A stretch of DNA of 64,000 bases from assembly GCF_006345805.1 (NCBI RefSeq), contig NC_043006.1, positions 86,118,001 through 86,182,000 of the forward strand. The letters are read 5' to 3'. How positions within the stretch are numbered: the first letter of the stretch is position 1; each line of letters starts with the position of its first letter. The notes under the pieces were generated by a model. That model was given only the letters and a program-made list of their open reading frames with translations. It did not search any database and was not told the origin of the DNA. Both the position numbers and the translations under genes were made by a program. The DNA is from Octopus sinensis (lineage: Eukaryota). Below, in pieces: positions 26,101 through 36,735 of the stretch.

Positions 26101-26266
26101 TTCCAGGCCCTTCTTCTCCATGTTGGTCGTCTTCTAGTTGTCCTCTTAGTCCTGATCCTAAAGTCACTGACTACCATTCTATGTTGTGGGGTACATTCTT
26201 CGCCTGGGAAGGTTTTGGCATTCATATATATGTATATATATATATCATCATCATCATCATTTAACG

Positions 26267-26313
<47 letters not shown>

Positions 26314-26580
26314 AACACCCAAGTACCTCAATTTCATCTACATTACTTCAGTCTACTTGAGTAATAAAGGTAGAATGAGGTATTTTTGTATGTTATTCTG
26401 TAATAATTACTGGTATCCTTATATATTAATATATTTTATATCTTATATGTAAAGCATAATATGTTATACATATATGTATATTCTTGTAATTGTCAGTTTA
26501 GTAAATAAATAAATAAGTTAACATAATATAATGTCTAAAAGTTGACAAACCATCTATTGATCCCCTCCATTTTCTTATTG

Positions 26581-26649
<69 letters not shown>

Positions 26650-27474
26650 ATATAACTTATAAACAAGGGCAAAAGAAAATTATTTCCCTGCCAATATGCT
26701 GATAACAGACTTTTAAATCGTCAATTTCCACATATTATATACCCACTACAGAAATACGTTGTACTGAAATCGGGTAGCTAGTCAACAGAATTTTTCTAAA
26801 AAGTTTGTTATTTCTATATTGAATCTATTTCGGAATTAATCTCATCGATTTTTTCCTCTTCAGTAGAAAATATGATAAGAAATAAATGATATACTTACAT
26901 ACACCCATGGACAAAAAAAAAGCCGAAGCAAAAGTCAAGAGTACATATAAGTACCCCAGTTATATCTAAATATAAAATCCCTTGGCTAGCCTCAGTACAT
27001 GTGTGAACTGTTCTCCACCACAGCTTATAGTGGTTACCAGTCTATATACATGTATTTATAAAATTATTGCCTGAATGAACAAATGAGATTTCAAAAACGC
27101 AAAAATAATTTCATAAGAAAATAACTTTCCATACTGTTTGATGACATAAAATCTTGGGGGTCATATGAAAATCCACTTGGTTCTAGACCTGGTCCACAAC
27201 TAGCATGCTCTCCAGTCTCTTGAAGATTTATTACAGACATTATTTTATACCTGAAATAAGGAAAATTTGAAGAAAAATAACACATTTTTTGAGTGATGAT
27301 AAGGGGCAAAAACATACATATGATGGGCTTCTTTCAGTTTCCATCAGCCAAATTCACTCACAGGGCCGAGGCCAGCCTGAGGCTATAGTAGAGAACACTT
27401 GCTCAAGATGTCACACAGTAGGACTGAATCCAGAACCATGTGGTTGGGAAGCAAACTTTTTACCACACAGCCAC

Positions 27475-27507
<33 letters not shown>

Positions 27508-27906
27508 AAAGGGCTTAGTAAAATAAATTACTTTGCCGCATACTGAACTCATTAGAAATAGCAGCTAAAAAACTTTTTTAAAGCTATTTCTAATACTTAA
27601 AGAAAATCTCTCTCATATATAGTGTTTGCTTAATTCAACTCACAAAAGTTTGGGGGTAAGGACATCGAAAAATCAAATGCTAAGCAAACACTATATATGA
27701 GAGAGATTTTCTTTAAGTATTAGAAATAGCTTTAAAAAAGTTTTTTAGCTGCTATTTCTAATGAGTTCAGTATGCGGCAAAGTAATTTATTTTACTAAGC
27801 CCTTTTATATAATGTAATAATTTGAATTCGCCTTGAATGGTCCCTTTGCATACTGAACACTTGGTGAAATTGATTAATAATTAATTAATTTTGCCCTCAA
27901 TTGTTG

Positions 27907-27966
<60 letters not shown>

Positions 27967-30204
27967 TTAGGGAATAAATCCAAACTTACAGGGAAAAATT
28001 AGATTTAGGATTAAATCCAATTTTATAGTATAAATATATTATATTATATTAAATTAGAGATAAAACCACTATTAGTCAAATCAAACAGTGAAAAACATAA
28101 GCCAATACATAAAATTAATTTTAAAATATAAAAGTTAAAATTTTAAAAATTATTTAAATAATTTAAACTTATAAATTTTAAATATATATATACAAATATA
28201 TATATATATGTATGTATATTTTTATATTTATATATTATTTTATTTATTTATTAATTGAAAAAAAATTTTTTTTAAATATAATATATATATATTTGTCATA
28301 AGATCATAAGTCAGAAAGAGCACACCCTAAAATAAATAAACCAGTTGTTCTTTATATATATATATATATATATAAGACAAAGAAGAAAATAGAGAGGATA
28401 ATTAGTTAACAAACATCAGCCTGTAAACATCCTTTGGATCAATTTATTGATTCCAGTCATATGTATAATAAATAAATGAATAGGAACAAATGAGTGAATA
28501 ATACTATTTCTTTTCATTTATTTACTTATTTATTTATACATATGATTGTAATCAATAAATAGATCCAAAGGATGTTTACAGGATGATGTTTGTTAATTAA
28601 TTATCTTCTCCATTTTCTTCTTTGCCTTATAAATTCTGGGTAAATTTCTGTTTACTCCAACTCATACATATTCAATTGTGCTATTGTCTTGCAACAGTAA
28701 GCACTTGGATATAAATACATAGGTATACATCCAGTTGTATATTGGATATTTATTATTCCTTAGACAGTTGTTTAACCTCTGACTCATGTAGACGTGTACA
28801 TACACACAAGTTCAGTAAAATTTTGGTTCAGATGAATATGGTACTTAAGTTTCAGGCACCAGAATTTGGTATGGTATTATCCATATAATTCAAAATGGGG
28901 TGATTATAATCAAAATAAGCAACAAGGATATCCAGAGGTGATGCAGTACGATCGTTTCATGCGACTCCATTTAATTGAACAATGCAAATATTACATCAAT
29001 TTTAAAATGTAGAGCAATCTTCAGCTGCATAAAAATATAGAATTTAGTTAAATTCGAAAGATTCATTTGTATAATTTTCTTTTTATTCAAAATCACAAAG
29101 AGGATAAGTAGATAGACAAAGAACATGTTTTATCAACAACATCATAGTTGTAACAGATTTTTTTCAAAAGAAGACACTGCTTATCATTGATTATTTTTGT
29201 TATTCAGATTTATAAATGAGTCCTTCTAATTTAACTAAATTCTATATTTTTATGCAGCTGAAGATTGCTCTACAATTTAAACTGATGTAATGTTTGCATT
29301 GTTCAATTAAATGGAGTCGCATGAAATGATCATACTGCATTACCTCTGGATATCCTTGTTGCTTATTTTGCTTATATATATACACACACACACACACATG
29401 CAAGATATCATCTAAAGTTACTTTCAAAATAAAATTAAGTATATTGAGAATCTGTAAGAGTAAGTTATACTCTAATGATGACATATCTAACAATATTTGA
29501 AACAAACTTACCTCACAAACTGATCAACAATTCTATGTCTTACCATAACTTCTGTATTAGGCCTGGCCATTGCCAGTATATCTTTAGATACCCTGAAATA
29601 AAAGACTTTTATTATTAATATGAATTCAAAGAACACAGACATCATTCTTTCATTTGTTTTATGCCTGATTTTTTTCTTTCCACAATTACTTGTCTAAGAC
29701 AGACCTACACATTTGAAATAAATTGGCTTTTGTAGAAGTAAGTTTTCTTATAGTTTTATGATCCTACTAGAGGGCAGTCAGCTTCTTAAGTGAGCAGAAT
29801 TAACTACATAGCAAATCATCTTTATCATTTACCAAACAGCAAAGTAGGAAAAGAGAAGAGAGAACTTGATGGTAACTATAAATTGGTGCAACTTTTTCTG
29901 GTCTATGGTTTATGGCATTGAGAAAAGTACCTTCTCCCATTGTTTCCCAACAATGGACTTTCAAGTTCAGTCCTTGTGTGTGGTACCTTATCTTTTATGT
30001 TTTACATGTTTCAGTCATTAGACTGTGGCCATGCTGGGGAATCCACCTTGAAATTTTTTTAAGCAAAATGAATTGACCCCAGCACTTGTTTTTAAAGCCT
30101 GGTATTTATTCTATCAATCTTTTTTGCCAAGCCACTACATTATGGGGATGTAAACATGCCAACACTGGTTGTCAAGTGGTGGTGGGAAACAAACACAGAC
30201 ACGA

Positions 30205-30254
<50 letters not shown>

Positions 30255-33200
30255 TAACTACATGGTTTCGGGTTCAGTCCCACTGCGTGGCACTTTGGGC
30301 AGGTGTCTTCTACTATAGCCCTGAGCTGACCGGAGCTTTGTGATTGAATTCGGTAGGCGGAAGTTACTGTCGTGTGTGTATGTGTGCGTATAGCTGCTCA
30401 GTGCCTCTCCGAAAGAGAGACAGACTTCATTCAGTTTCTGTTTACCAAATCCACTCATAAGGCTTTGGTCAGCACAAGGCTATAGTGGAAGACACTTCAC
30501 AATGTACCACAAAGTGAGATTGAAACCAGAACCATATGGTAGGGAAGTAAGCTTCTTACCACACAGCCATGCCTGCGCTTATGGGCAGGTTTTCTACAAT
30601 AGTCCTGGGCTGACTAAAATCTTGTGAGAGGATATGGTAGATGGAAATTGAAACAAGCTACATGTGTGTGTGTGTGTGTCTCCTTGGTCTTGACATCATG
30701 TAATAGTTGTAAATGAGTGTCACTATCATTCATTTCCAGTATTCTGTAAAAATGTCTGGCTATGGGGAGATACTACCTTGCTTGGTAACAGAAGGGCATC
30801 AGGTTGTAGAAAACCTGCTTCAATAAGCTCTGCTCAATCCATGCAAGCATGGAAAAGTAGATGCTAAAGCAAAAGGAAAACTGAAACATAAAACCCTTTA
30901 GCTATATTGGGTATTTTTAGGATGGCACTATTGATGCTATTTAGAATTTTTATAAACACGTAACTGACAGAAATTAGACAAATTAAATGTCTTTGTTAAA
31001 ATACATTACGATAGTTAAGGCAACACTAATATGATGATATTATTTCTTGGTAATTTCTTTCTCTTGCTGATTTCTGATACTGGAATGGGGCCATGCTGGA
31101 GCACAACCTTCAAAAGGGCTTTTAGTTAATTATATCGATCTCAATACTTTGTCTCATATGTATGTTAGATAAAACAAAAAATGCAAAGTCAACATTCGTA
31201 TAAAGGGAATTAATTCATGCAAACTTAACTATCCAGGTCACTGACACTTATCTCACCCAACATGCACAAACATATATATATATATAGTCTTGATGGTCTT
31301 CTGCATAATTTCTGTTTACTAAATTTTCCTCAGGAGTATTGGTCAATCTGAGGCAACAGTACAAGATACCCAAATTGACATGCAGCAGGACTGAACCTAG
31401 ATCCACATGGTTGGGAAAAAAATTTCTTAACCACACAGCCATGTCCAGATCCAATTGCTTGAAACACTTACAAGTCACAGTTCATATCGTCTTTAGAATT
31501 ACAAAAAACTGAGAACACTTGAAATACTTGGTAAGTACAATTCAGACTACTTGAATATTATGGTACTTACTATCCTTTTTCGTCACTTCATAATACCTTA
31601 GTCTTAATCCCAGACAGTGTCACTTATGGAGTGATTTAAATTTATGTTTTCTTTAGTAGTTCTTGGATCCCTTATAACAATGAGATGCAATCCTTCTCAT
31701 CATATGAAATTCGCCAACCTGATGCACCCCAACACCTCGTTTTTTTTTTAAAAACTTATTCACTGTTCACTTCTTGTGCATATTCTATGTACTATTCACA
31801 CACTTTTGGTTACTTTTTATGATGAGTTGTAGTGCAGCTGAGCCCTGTATTCAATAAGTTCATTATTACCTCTGCCTTAGTGAAGGTGGAGGTATTGTTT
31901 TCAGTTGTGTTTGTTTGTTTGTTTGTCCGTGGACAAGATATCTCAAGAACCACTGGATGGATTCGGATGGAACTTTCAGGGATGTTTGGCCTTGTGACGG
32001 GCACAAACTGATTATATTTTGGGATCGATCCAGTATGGGACAAGGATTCTGGATTATTTTTCGTTTTTTTTTTTACTTAATTTTTGAGAGCGGTCGGGTT
32101 CATTTTTAGTATTCTCGTTTCTGAGAGCAGTCGAGTCTATTTCAGATATTCTCATTTTAAAAATCATCTCTGGCTAATTGTTGAGAGGATGTTAGTGTTA
32201 CCTTGGCAGAGGTTTGTGCTCTCTGAGTGCTCTTGTTGTTATCTCTATATATATAAACGGCAAAATGTCTGTCTGTGTGTGTATCCTTTATACAAATCCA
32301 CAATTTTTCAGTTAGAGGGCTTGCACTTTCTATGGTCATTCAAAACCGTCGAAGGGTGGTCGTGCACATCTTTACATTTCCCCAGTCACCCCGCAAAGCC
32401 ATTAAAAAATCAATAGAAGTAGCTTTTTTGTGAATTTTCTCTCCAAAACCCAATCAAAATGCCCGAAACTTGATACGCCAATTGAATGCCAGCTAGCTGT
32501 ATGTAATTGGTCAGAGATTTGGACAGTACTTGCATGTATGTGCGTATGCACGCAGCTGTACATGCATGCACTAGCTCTATGACCCGGGGTTGCCGGGTCA
32601 TAGTGCTAGTTACTATTATTATTATACTTGTGAGAACACATGGCCTAGTGGTTAGGATGTTGCACTCACGATTGTGGTTTCAATTCCTAGACAATTCCTG
32701 GTGTGTTGCATTCTTGAGTAAAACACTTCATCTCATGTCACTTTGCGATCACTCGACACGTGGTACACCAAGCACCTGTTCGGGCAATGTCGATAGTGTG
32801 AGCTACAGTACATAAATTCAATTGCTATAAACAAATCTTTTGTGCAGGTCGTTCCACAAAAGCTGAACACTCACACATTGTCTTCGACGGGAGAGTTCAT
32901 TATTATGCTAGAAATTGAATGGACTGAGTTTAATCAATCCATCCATCTTTTCCGCCTACTAACCCAGGGAGGGTTGTGGGGACAGAGACCTCAGGCACCT
33001 TCTTGATAAGGTCCTCTCAGAAGCCACCATTATCACACTTTCCAATTCCCAATCACTAACAGTTGTTCCCTCCTGGACTTGATTAGGGGTACGGAGAGAC
33101 ACTCATCCATTGTGCTCCCACCCAACACCTTCCCCAAGTTGCAGGCTTATTGCAATATATTTTCCAAACAGATTCCTCTTCTAGGACAATCAAATTACAC

Positions 33201-36200
33201 AAGAAAAAAAAACCTATTATGAACATGATGTACTAAACTAGATAAAAATTTAAATACAGGAATTCCACAGAGAGAAAGTTACCAATGAGAAAAGAGTCCG
33301 GTGATAGCCATTTGGCCTTCCCAGCAGTCACTGCGATCATATTTACAATTGCGGCCACCACAAAACAAAGCACATTGGTTCTTTAACGAAATCAAGCCCT
33401 GAGCCTGTTCTGTCAGGACACTATATTGAGGATTAGGAATGCTGGCTGAAATGATAAAATAATATTGATGATAATCATGAGGAGTCCATTAAAAACAGTT
33501 AAAATATGACATGTAAATTAATGTATTTATACAGATCACATTAACCATTAACAAATATCTATTCATTCTTAACACATTCTGGCAGATTCAAATGTAACTA
33601 TCTGATCACTTTTGTTTTTTAATCAATGGAAAACATCACCTCCTTTTAGATGACATGTTCAAAACCATACAGTTCACTGGTGTGAGGGGACTTTGAAACA
33701 CTAGTGTTTCAACCTTATTGTATGTCTCATCAGTCAAAGTTATTCTGTCAGACAGATGAATCAGACAAAATGCATGAGCTTTTGTTTATAGGGATCAGCA
33801 AGTTATTTGCTGATGTGAGCTGATTTCTACTAAACAGATAATAAATGCATGCAGAACACTGAGGATCAAAATAATGATATACCTATATATTCTTAATTCT
33901 GGCAGATTTGAACATGAATATCCTGATCTCTGTTGTATTTAGTCTTCAGAGAATATCTCTCTTTAGACGATGTGTGTTCATAACATGAATGAAGAGACAC
34001 ACCATAAGGTCAAAATAACCGTGTCTCAAAGTAAAAAATTCCCTTATGTCAATGAATTGTGTGTGTGTTGATGCATAACACACATTGTTTGGAGGAAGGA
34101 GATATTCTCCAATGACAAAGAGCAACAGCAATCAGCATATTTATGTTTGAATTGTATTAAAAAGGAACAGATACATTCTCATTTAGATTCTTGATGTTCT
34201 GCATACACCTCATGAATTATTATGATCTGGCAGACATCAGCGTATAATTTGTTTGCAGCTTGCTATAAACAAGAGCCACTACTCCCATTTAGATTCACTG
34301 ATTCAGGGATAGCGTTGACAGAAAAGACACAATAAGGTTGAAATGCCTCAAATTCAAAATTCCCTTACACCAACGAACCATGTCTATCCATGTTGTCATA
34401 AGGGAGCAGATTATTCTTCAATGGCAAAATGTAACAGTGATCAGCGGATTCACAAATGAATCTGCCAGAATGTTTTGAGAGTGATAAATAAGTTATCATT
34501 TAGATCACCCATGTTGTGTTCAACACCCCAGACCCTGTACTAATCACTATTCCCATTCCTTCCTTCCTTCTCTAGAACATCATCCTTCTGAAATCTCCTC
34601 TTTGTTCCCTACAGGGGTCAACTTGTAACTGTTTAAATTGAACATTAATACAATCTGTCTCACAAGTTGAGGAAGAACTTCAAAAGTCATGGGCACTGTC
34701 CCCCAAGTAACTTGCAAAACACCACAAATTATTATCTGTCGGGCAAACATTAGTACACATCAGCAAATAATTTATTTGATGATTTCTGTTAACAACAGCC
34801 AGTACTCTTGTTAGTTTCACTGATCTAGGGGTAGCTTTGACTGGGAAGACACACAATACGGTTGAAACACTATATTGTCTCATCTGAAGACCAGAGATGT
34901 TCGCTAAAGACAAAATACAATAGTGATCAGCATATTCATGTTTGAGTCTCTCAAAATGTGTTCAAAATGAATAGATACATCATTGTTTAGACTCTCACTG
35001 TTTTACGTAGATCTCCTGAATTCTAATTTATAATCGTATGGAAGGGACATAAGCATTCACCAATTAAATCTATTTAATGGCGCTGCCAACCACACAATAG
35101 GTGAAATAGATAAAACAACCGAATGATAGCATAATTTGCAGTAAACCATCTGGTTGCCGTTTTTGAAGGATTCATCTATTCATGGGTTATTGAGTGTTAG
35201 TCAATACCATAGGCTCCTGTACTTGGCTTGTACTTTATTTTATCAACCCTGGAAGGTTGAGCTGAAACAAACATAGCAAGGCTTTTTCGTGATGCTCCAA
35301 TGATTCTGCTAGATAGAAATTCTTTGATTTTGCAAAGTTCACTTTATATTAGCTTAAAATGGAGCCAAATCCTTCATTTATTGTCAAAACATTGGATGTG
35401 ATATCTACAATAGTATCAACATGTCATATAACCATATCTTTATTGTTTCACTTTGGAATACAAAGGACATGGAATTATAGAATTGTTCTCTCTTTTCCAA
35501 AACTTCCTAAAGGAAAGCTAGATTATAAGACAGCTCATCTGACAAGCTAATGACACTCGAATCTTTGCCTTCTTTTGTCACCCCTTTGTTATGGGTTGGT
35601 GACAGGAAGGGTATCCAGCCATAGAAAAATATATCTCAACAAATTCTGACTGATCCATGCAAACATGGAAAAGTGGACATTAAAACTATAATGATGATGA
35701 TGAAATGAAAATATTATCTTTATAATATATATCGAAATAATTTAAGTTGATATTTAAAAAGATATATTTATATATATTATATATATTAAAAATGTTATTT
35801 TTATAATATACATCTTTATATTATCTTTATCAACATATCTTTATAATATATTGGTTTCAAATTTTGGCACAAGGACAGAAAGTTCGGGGGAGGAGGTAAG
35901 TCAATTACATCGATCTCAGTGTTCAACTGGTACATATTTTATTGACCCCGAAAGGATGAAAGCAAAGTCGACCTTGGCAGAATTTGAACTCAGAAAGTAA
36001 GAACAGATGAAATGCCACTGAGCATTTTGCCTGGTGTGCTAATGATTCTACTAATATATTATTTATCTTTATATATATCAAAATGTAAACTTCATGACAG
36101 ATCTTTTTGATTCAACATGAAATGTTACCAAAATTTCACAATTAAAATTTAAATATTAGAGTAAGAAATAAAAAAACTGCAAAAAAGCAAGAAAATGTTA

Positions 36201-36281
36201 TATACCCTCTACAGCCTTATTGGACTCCCAGAGAAAAATATCATCTTTTTCACTATGTCCTTCGTCCAGTTCGGAATTCAT
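5527..36281 (-). CDS. PTPDC1: PTPDC1-like dual-specificity phosphatase, spliced, 3'-incomplete; exons 36281-36206, 33445-33283, 29592-29512, 27250-27135, 16497-16476, 16087-15981, 11961-11874, 7088-6999, 5626-5527
   Basis: Exons have GT-AG boundaries and matching phases and join without stops: ...CALFCGGRNCKY...WVSKDILAMARP...VINLQETGEHASCG...IYFYNFACQDYG...LLDMVRVMQFAL..GKVAIHCHAGLGRTGLLICCYLVF...RPKSIQTRKQMLCVREF...QYMNRQRKLLHGYELRILKHIPQ. These match PTPDC1 motifs as I recall them (ILAMARP, GEHASCG, HCHAGLGRTG, RPNSIQT, LLHGYE). Confidence 0.93.
6455..6849 (-). mobile_element. mariner relic, 5' end (same family as 45532-46797)
   Basis: TIR similar to 46765-46797; HTH-region peptide KWAAEFQRVTESLEDDPKSG. 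Confidence 0.8.
6999..7088 (-). CDS. PTPDC1: PTPDC1 exon (90 nt; PKSIQTRKQMLCVREFVEFLKKLWIVFPY)
   Basis: tttcag acceptor, gtgagt donor, RPxSIQT motif. Confidence 0.95.
7538..7830 (-). mobile_element. Hsmar1-like mariner relic, 3' end
   Basis: TIR tattgggttggcaagaaagtaat; minus strand YHLFQSLQNSLNGKTFNNDDDLK...RWQKVI. Confidence 0.8.
9930..10989 (-). mobile_element. maT/DD37D-type transposon relic
   Basis: FADEKNFCQD and KHPVNITVFGVITSDGDIMPPFIFP motifs; TIR-like end at 10960-10989; frameshifted. Confidence 0.8.
11494..11712 (-). mobile_element. Nin/Deu-domain-like tRNA SINE, A-rich tail subfamily, 9-bp TSD
   Basis: Core gcctttcatcctttcggggtcgataaat; TSD gttaatacc at 11485-11493 and 11713-11721. 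Confidence 0.8.
11874..11961 (-). CDS. PTPDC1: PTPDC1 exon (88 nt; RTGLLICCYLVFTYRMSANKAITYLRKK)
   Basis: atttag acceptor, gtgagc donor; completes the CX5R motif. Confidence 0.95.
12172..12549. repeat. Inverted repeat, 61-bp arms (12172-12232 / 12489-12549), next to (TA)n
   Basis: Arms are reverse complements with one mismatch. Confidence 0.9.
13600..14390 (-). mobile_element. Decayed RTE reverse-transcriptase fragment
   Basis: MQFGFVPGRSTTDAIFIVRQLQ and NYRGTKLLD, homologous to the 24-26 kb LINE. Confidence 0.9.
14392..15255 (+). mobile_element. Penelope-like element 3' end: GIY-YIG endonuclease relic (14501-14989) plus pseudo-LTR
   Basis: One frame with four stops: CLPYVKGLSEKI...CVYSIPCSCGRLYKGKT...EEH...SGIADQVW...WDEVKIIDRE; followed by a tRNA-like head and a hammerhead remnant. 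Confidence 0.9.
15981..16087 (-). CDS. PTPDC1: PTPDC1 exon (107 nt; QDYGTLSKSRLLDMVRVMQFALTQGKVAIHCHAGL)
   Basis: ttttatag acceptor, gtaagt donor; carries DYG and the catalytic Cys. Confidence 0.95.
16476..16497 (-). CDS. PTPDC1: PTPDC1 22-nt microexon (IYFYNFA)
   Basis: tttctgttttatttcag|tttatttctacaattttgcctg|gtaagt; exactly bridges phase 1 to phase 2 and supplies the conserved IYFYNF motif. Confidence 0.9.
16589..16908. repeat. Diverged foldback/MITE-like element, arms of about 125 bp
   Basis: cctatgtttagtccactg pairs with cagtggactaaacatagg; inner arm segments also pair. Confidence 0.8.
17622..17904 (-). mobile_element. V-domain-like tRNA SINE (family of 122-434)
   Basis: Reverse complement of the 122-434 copy; probable TSD tctataatc at 17613-17621 and 17905-17913. 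Confidence 0.82.
18210..18650 (+). mobile_element. mariner relic, C-terminal catalytic region
   Basis: KGVVYHE...YCHQL...AKPHIA...LASSDY..FRS peptide remnants. Confidence 0.75.
18848..19245 (-). mobile_element. Non-autonomous Helitron (second copy 55014-55405)
   Basis: Minus strand starts A|TCTTTATATATAAAA and ends with a GC-rich hairpin then CTAG|T; no TSD. Confidence 0.85.
19254..21214 (-). mobile_element. Putative 2-kb non-autonomous Helitron
   Basis: 5' A|TCTATTTATAAAA at 21214; 3' hairpin acctgc/gcgggt then CTAG|T at 19254. Pairing of the two ends is inferred. Confidence 0.6.
19320..19622 (+). mobile_element. RTE 3' tail nested in the Helitron
   Basis: Three cacg(t/a)aaaaagcacc units, then ccaacccgtgctagcacgg and a (GAT)n tail. 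Confidence 0.8.
21251..23006. repeat. Large palindrome: 670-bp arms (21251-21920 / 22337-23006), 416-bp spacer; Penelope pseudo-LTR-like
   Basis: Arms are reverse complements; only two mismatches noticed by eye. ORF-track entries 21712..21903(+) and 22354..22545(-) differ at one residue. Confidence 0.95.
22932..22981 (+). ncRNA. Minimal type I hammerhead-like motif (identical copy on minus strand at 21276-21325)
   Basis: Stem I caaaaactgt/acagattttg (9 of 10 pairs), CUGAUGA, stem II CG-GCAA-CG, GAAA, stem III ACU-CAG-AGU, GUA triplet. Caveat: A.A pair at the base of stem II. Confidence 0.6.
23287..23812. repeat. About nine 61-bp tandem units in the RTE 3'UTR
   Basis: ggtgcttttacgtg anchor recurs every 60-62 bp; two unit types largely alternate. 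Confidence 0.9.
23857..26220 (-). pseudogene. RTE ORF, open except one 1-bp frameshift near 24469
   Basis: ORF-track entries 24444..26318 and 23857..24321 join through TFQGEKLEVVDSFRYLG when one base is restored. Confidence 0.85.
27135..27250 (-). CDS. PTPDC1: PTPDC1 exon (116 nt; YKIMSVINLQETGEHASCGPGLEPSGFSYDPQDFMSSN)
   Basis: tttcag acceptor, gtatgg donor, INLQ..GEHASCG motif; contained in ORF-track entry 27091..27315. Confidence 0.95.
27500..27813. repeat. Inverted repeat, 133-bp arms, 48-bp loop, anchored at (TA)n
   Basis: 27500-27632 is the reverse complement of 27681-27813; no mismatch noticed. Confidence 0.95.
28371..28631. repeat. Inverted repeat, arms of about 105 bp, anchored at (TA)n
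   Basis: cctgtaaacatcctttggatc pairs with gatccaaaggatgtttacagg; roughly 8-10 mismatches. Confidence 0.9.
28911..29370. repeat. Inverted repeat, arms of about 163 bp, adjacent to (TA)/(CA)n
   Basis: 28911-29073 pairs with 29210-29370. Confidence 0.9.
29512..29592 (-). CDS. PTPDC1: PTPDC1 exon (81 nt; VSKDILAMARPNTEVMVRHRIVDQFV)
   Basis: tttcag acceptor, gtaagt donor, ILAMARP motif. Confidence 0.95.
31863..32240 (+). mobile_element. DINE-1-like / HINE (Helentron-associated) non-autonomous element
   Basis: ttattacctctgcc 5' end, (GTTT)n tract, gatatctcaagaac core, subterminal inverted repeat ccttggcagaggt, ctctgagtgc 3' stem. Confidence 0.7.
32242..32609 (+). mobile_element. Non-autonomous Helitron, family 2 (second copy 61682-62060, minus)
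   Basis: A|TCTCTATATATATAAAC start; terminal hairpin then CTAG|T. Confidence 0.85.
33283..33445 (-). CDS. PTPDC1: PTPDC1 exon (163 nt; SIPNPQYSVL...CALFCGGRNCKY...AITGLFSH)
   Basis: tttcag acceptor, gtaact donor, CGGRxCKY motif; split codon TG|G gives the conserved Trp. Confidence 0.92.
33572..34481. repeat. Ancient cluster of related 250-300 bp units in alternating orientation
   Basis: 33572-33830 aligns with the reverse complement of 34225-34481 (shared cattctggcagattca and tttcaaccttattg); central unit 33890-34150 is itself a foldback. Confidence 0.65.
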
Positions 36282-36288
36282 TTCAATA
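36206..36288 (-). CDS. PTPDC1: Putative first coding exon of PTPDC1 (ATG at 36281; MNSELDEGHSEKDDIFLWESNKAVE)
   Basis: Strong polypyrimidine acceptor (ttttttcttctttaag), donor G|GTATAT, ends in phase 1 as the next exon requires. No recalled homology, so assigned by splice logic only. Confidence 0.55.
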
Positions 36289-36678
36289 CTTAAAGAAGAA
36301 AAAATAGAAAGAAATGTAAAACACAGACTTATTAATTAATTCCATGTTCTCTTTTTGTCATATTGTCTCTTAAAATCCTCTCATGGCTTAGAATGAACTT
36401 TTCTGTAACTCTACATTGATAACTCTAAATATGGTTGTGTTGGACTAATAACAGGCTTTTTTTAAAACTCAGTATGTTTGGTTGGTTTCAATAGTAACAC
36501 AAAAAAATCTGATAAAAAATAACAGGCAAAAAAACCAGCAATAATATTTCTGGCCCTCTTTGCTGTTACTAGGAATATTACCACCTAGAGACTGTGGTAG
36601 TTATGTCTTAGTGATGTAAACAATAACACAACAGAATTCACTTTAAAGAGTAACATAAATAATTAATCAAAGTGAATA

Positions 36679-36735
<57 letters not shown>

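Larger units (their letters stand above)
23128..26220 (-). mobile_element. 5'-truncated RTE-clade LINE with complete 3' end
   Basis: End of endonuclease, RT (KAPGPSG, NYRGIKLL, KAFDRV, GVHQGSVLSP, LYADD), Cys-rich PHD-like finger, C-terminal domain, tandem-repeat 3'UTR, (GAT)n tail. Confidence 0.95.

Noticed and set aside
26221-26318. N-terminus of the 624-aa ORF
   Set aside because: It is read from (TA)n/(CAT)n microsatellite; RTE homology begins only near 26220.
27735-27790. CTAATGA...GGCAAAG as a hammerhead in the 27.5-kb foldback
   Set aside because: It lacks the essential G5 and GAAA.
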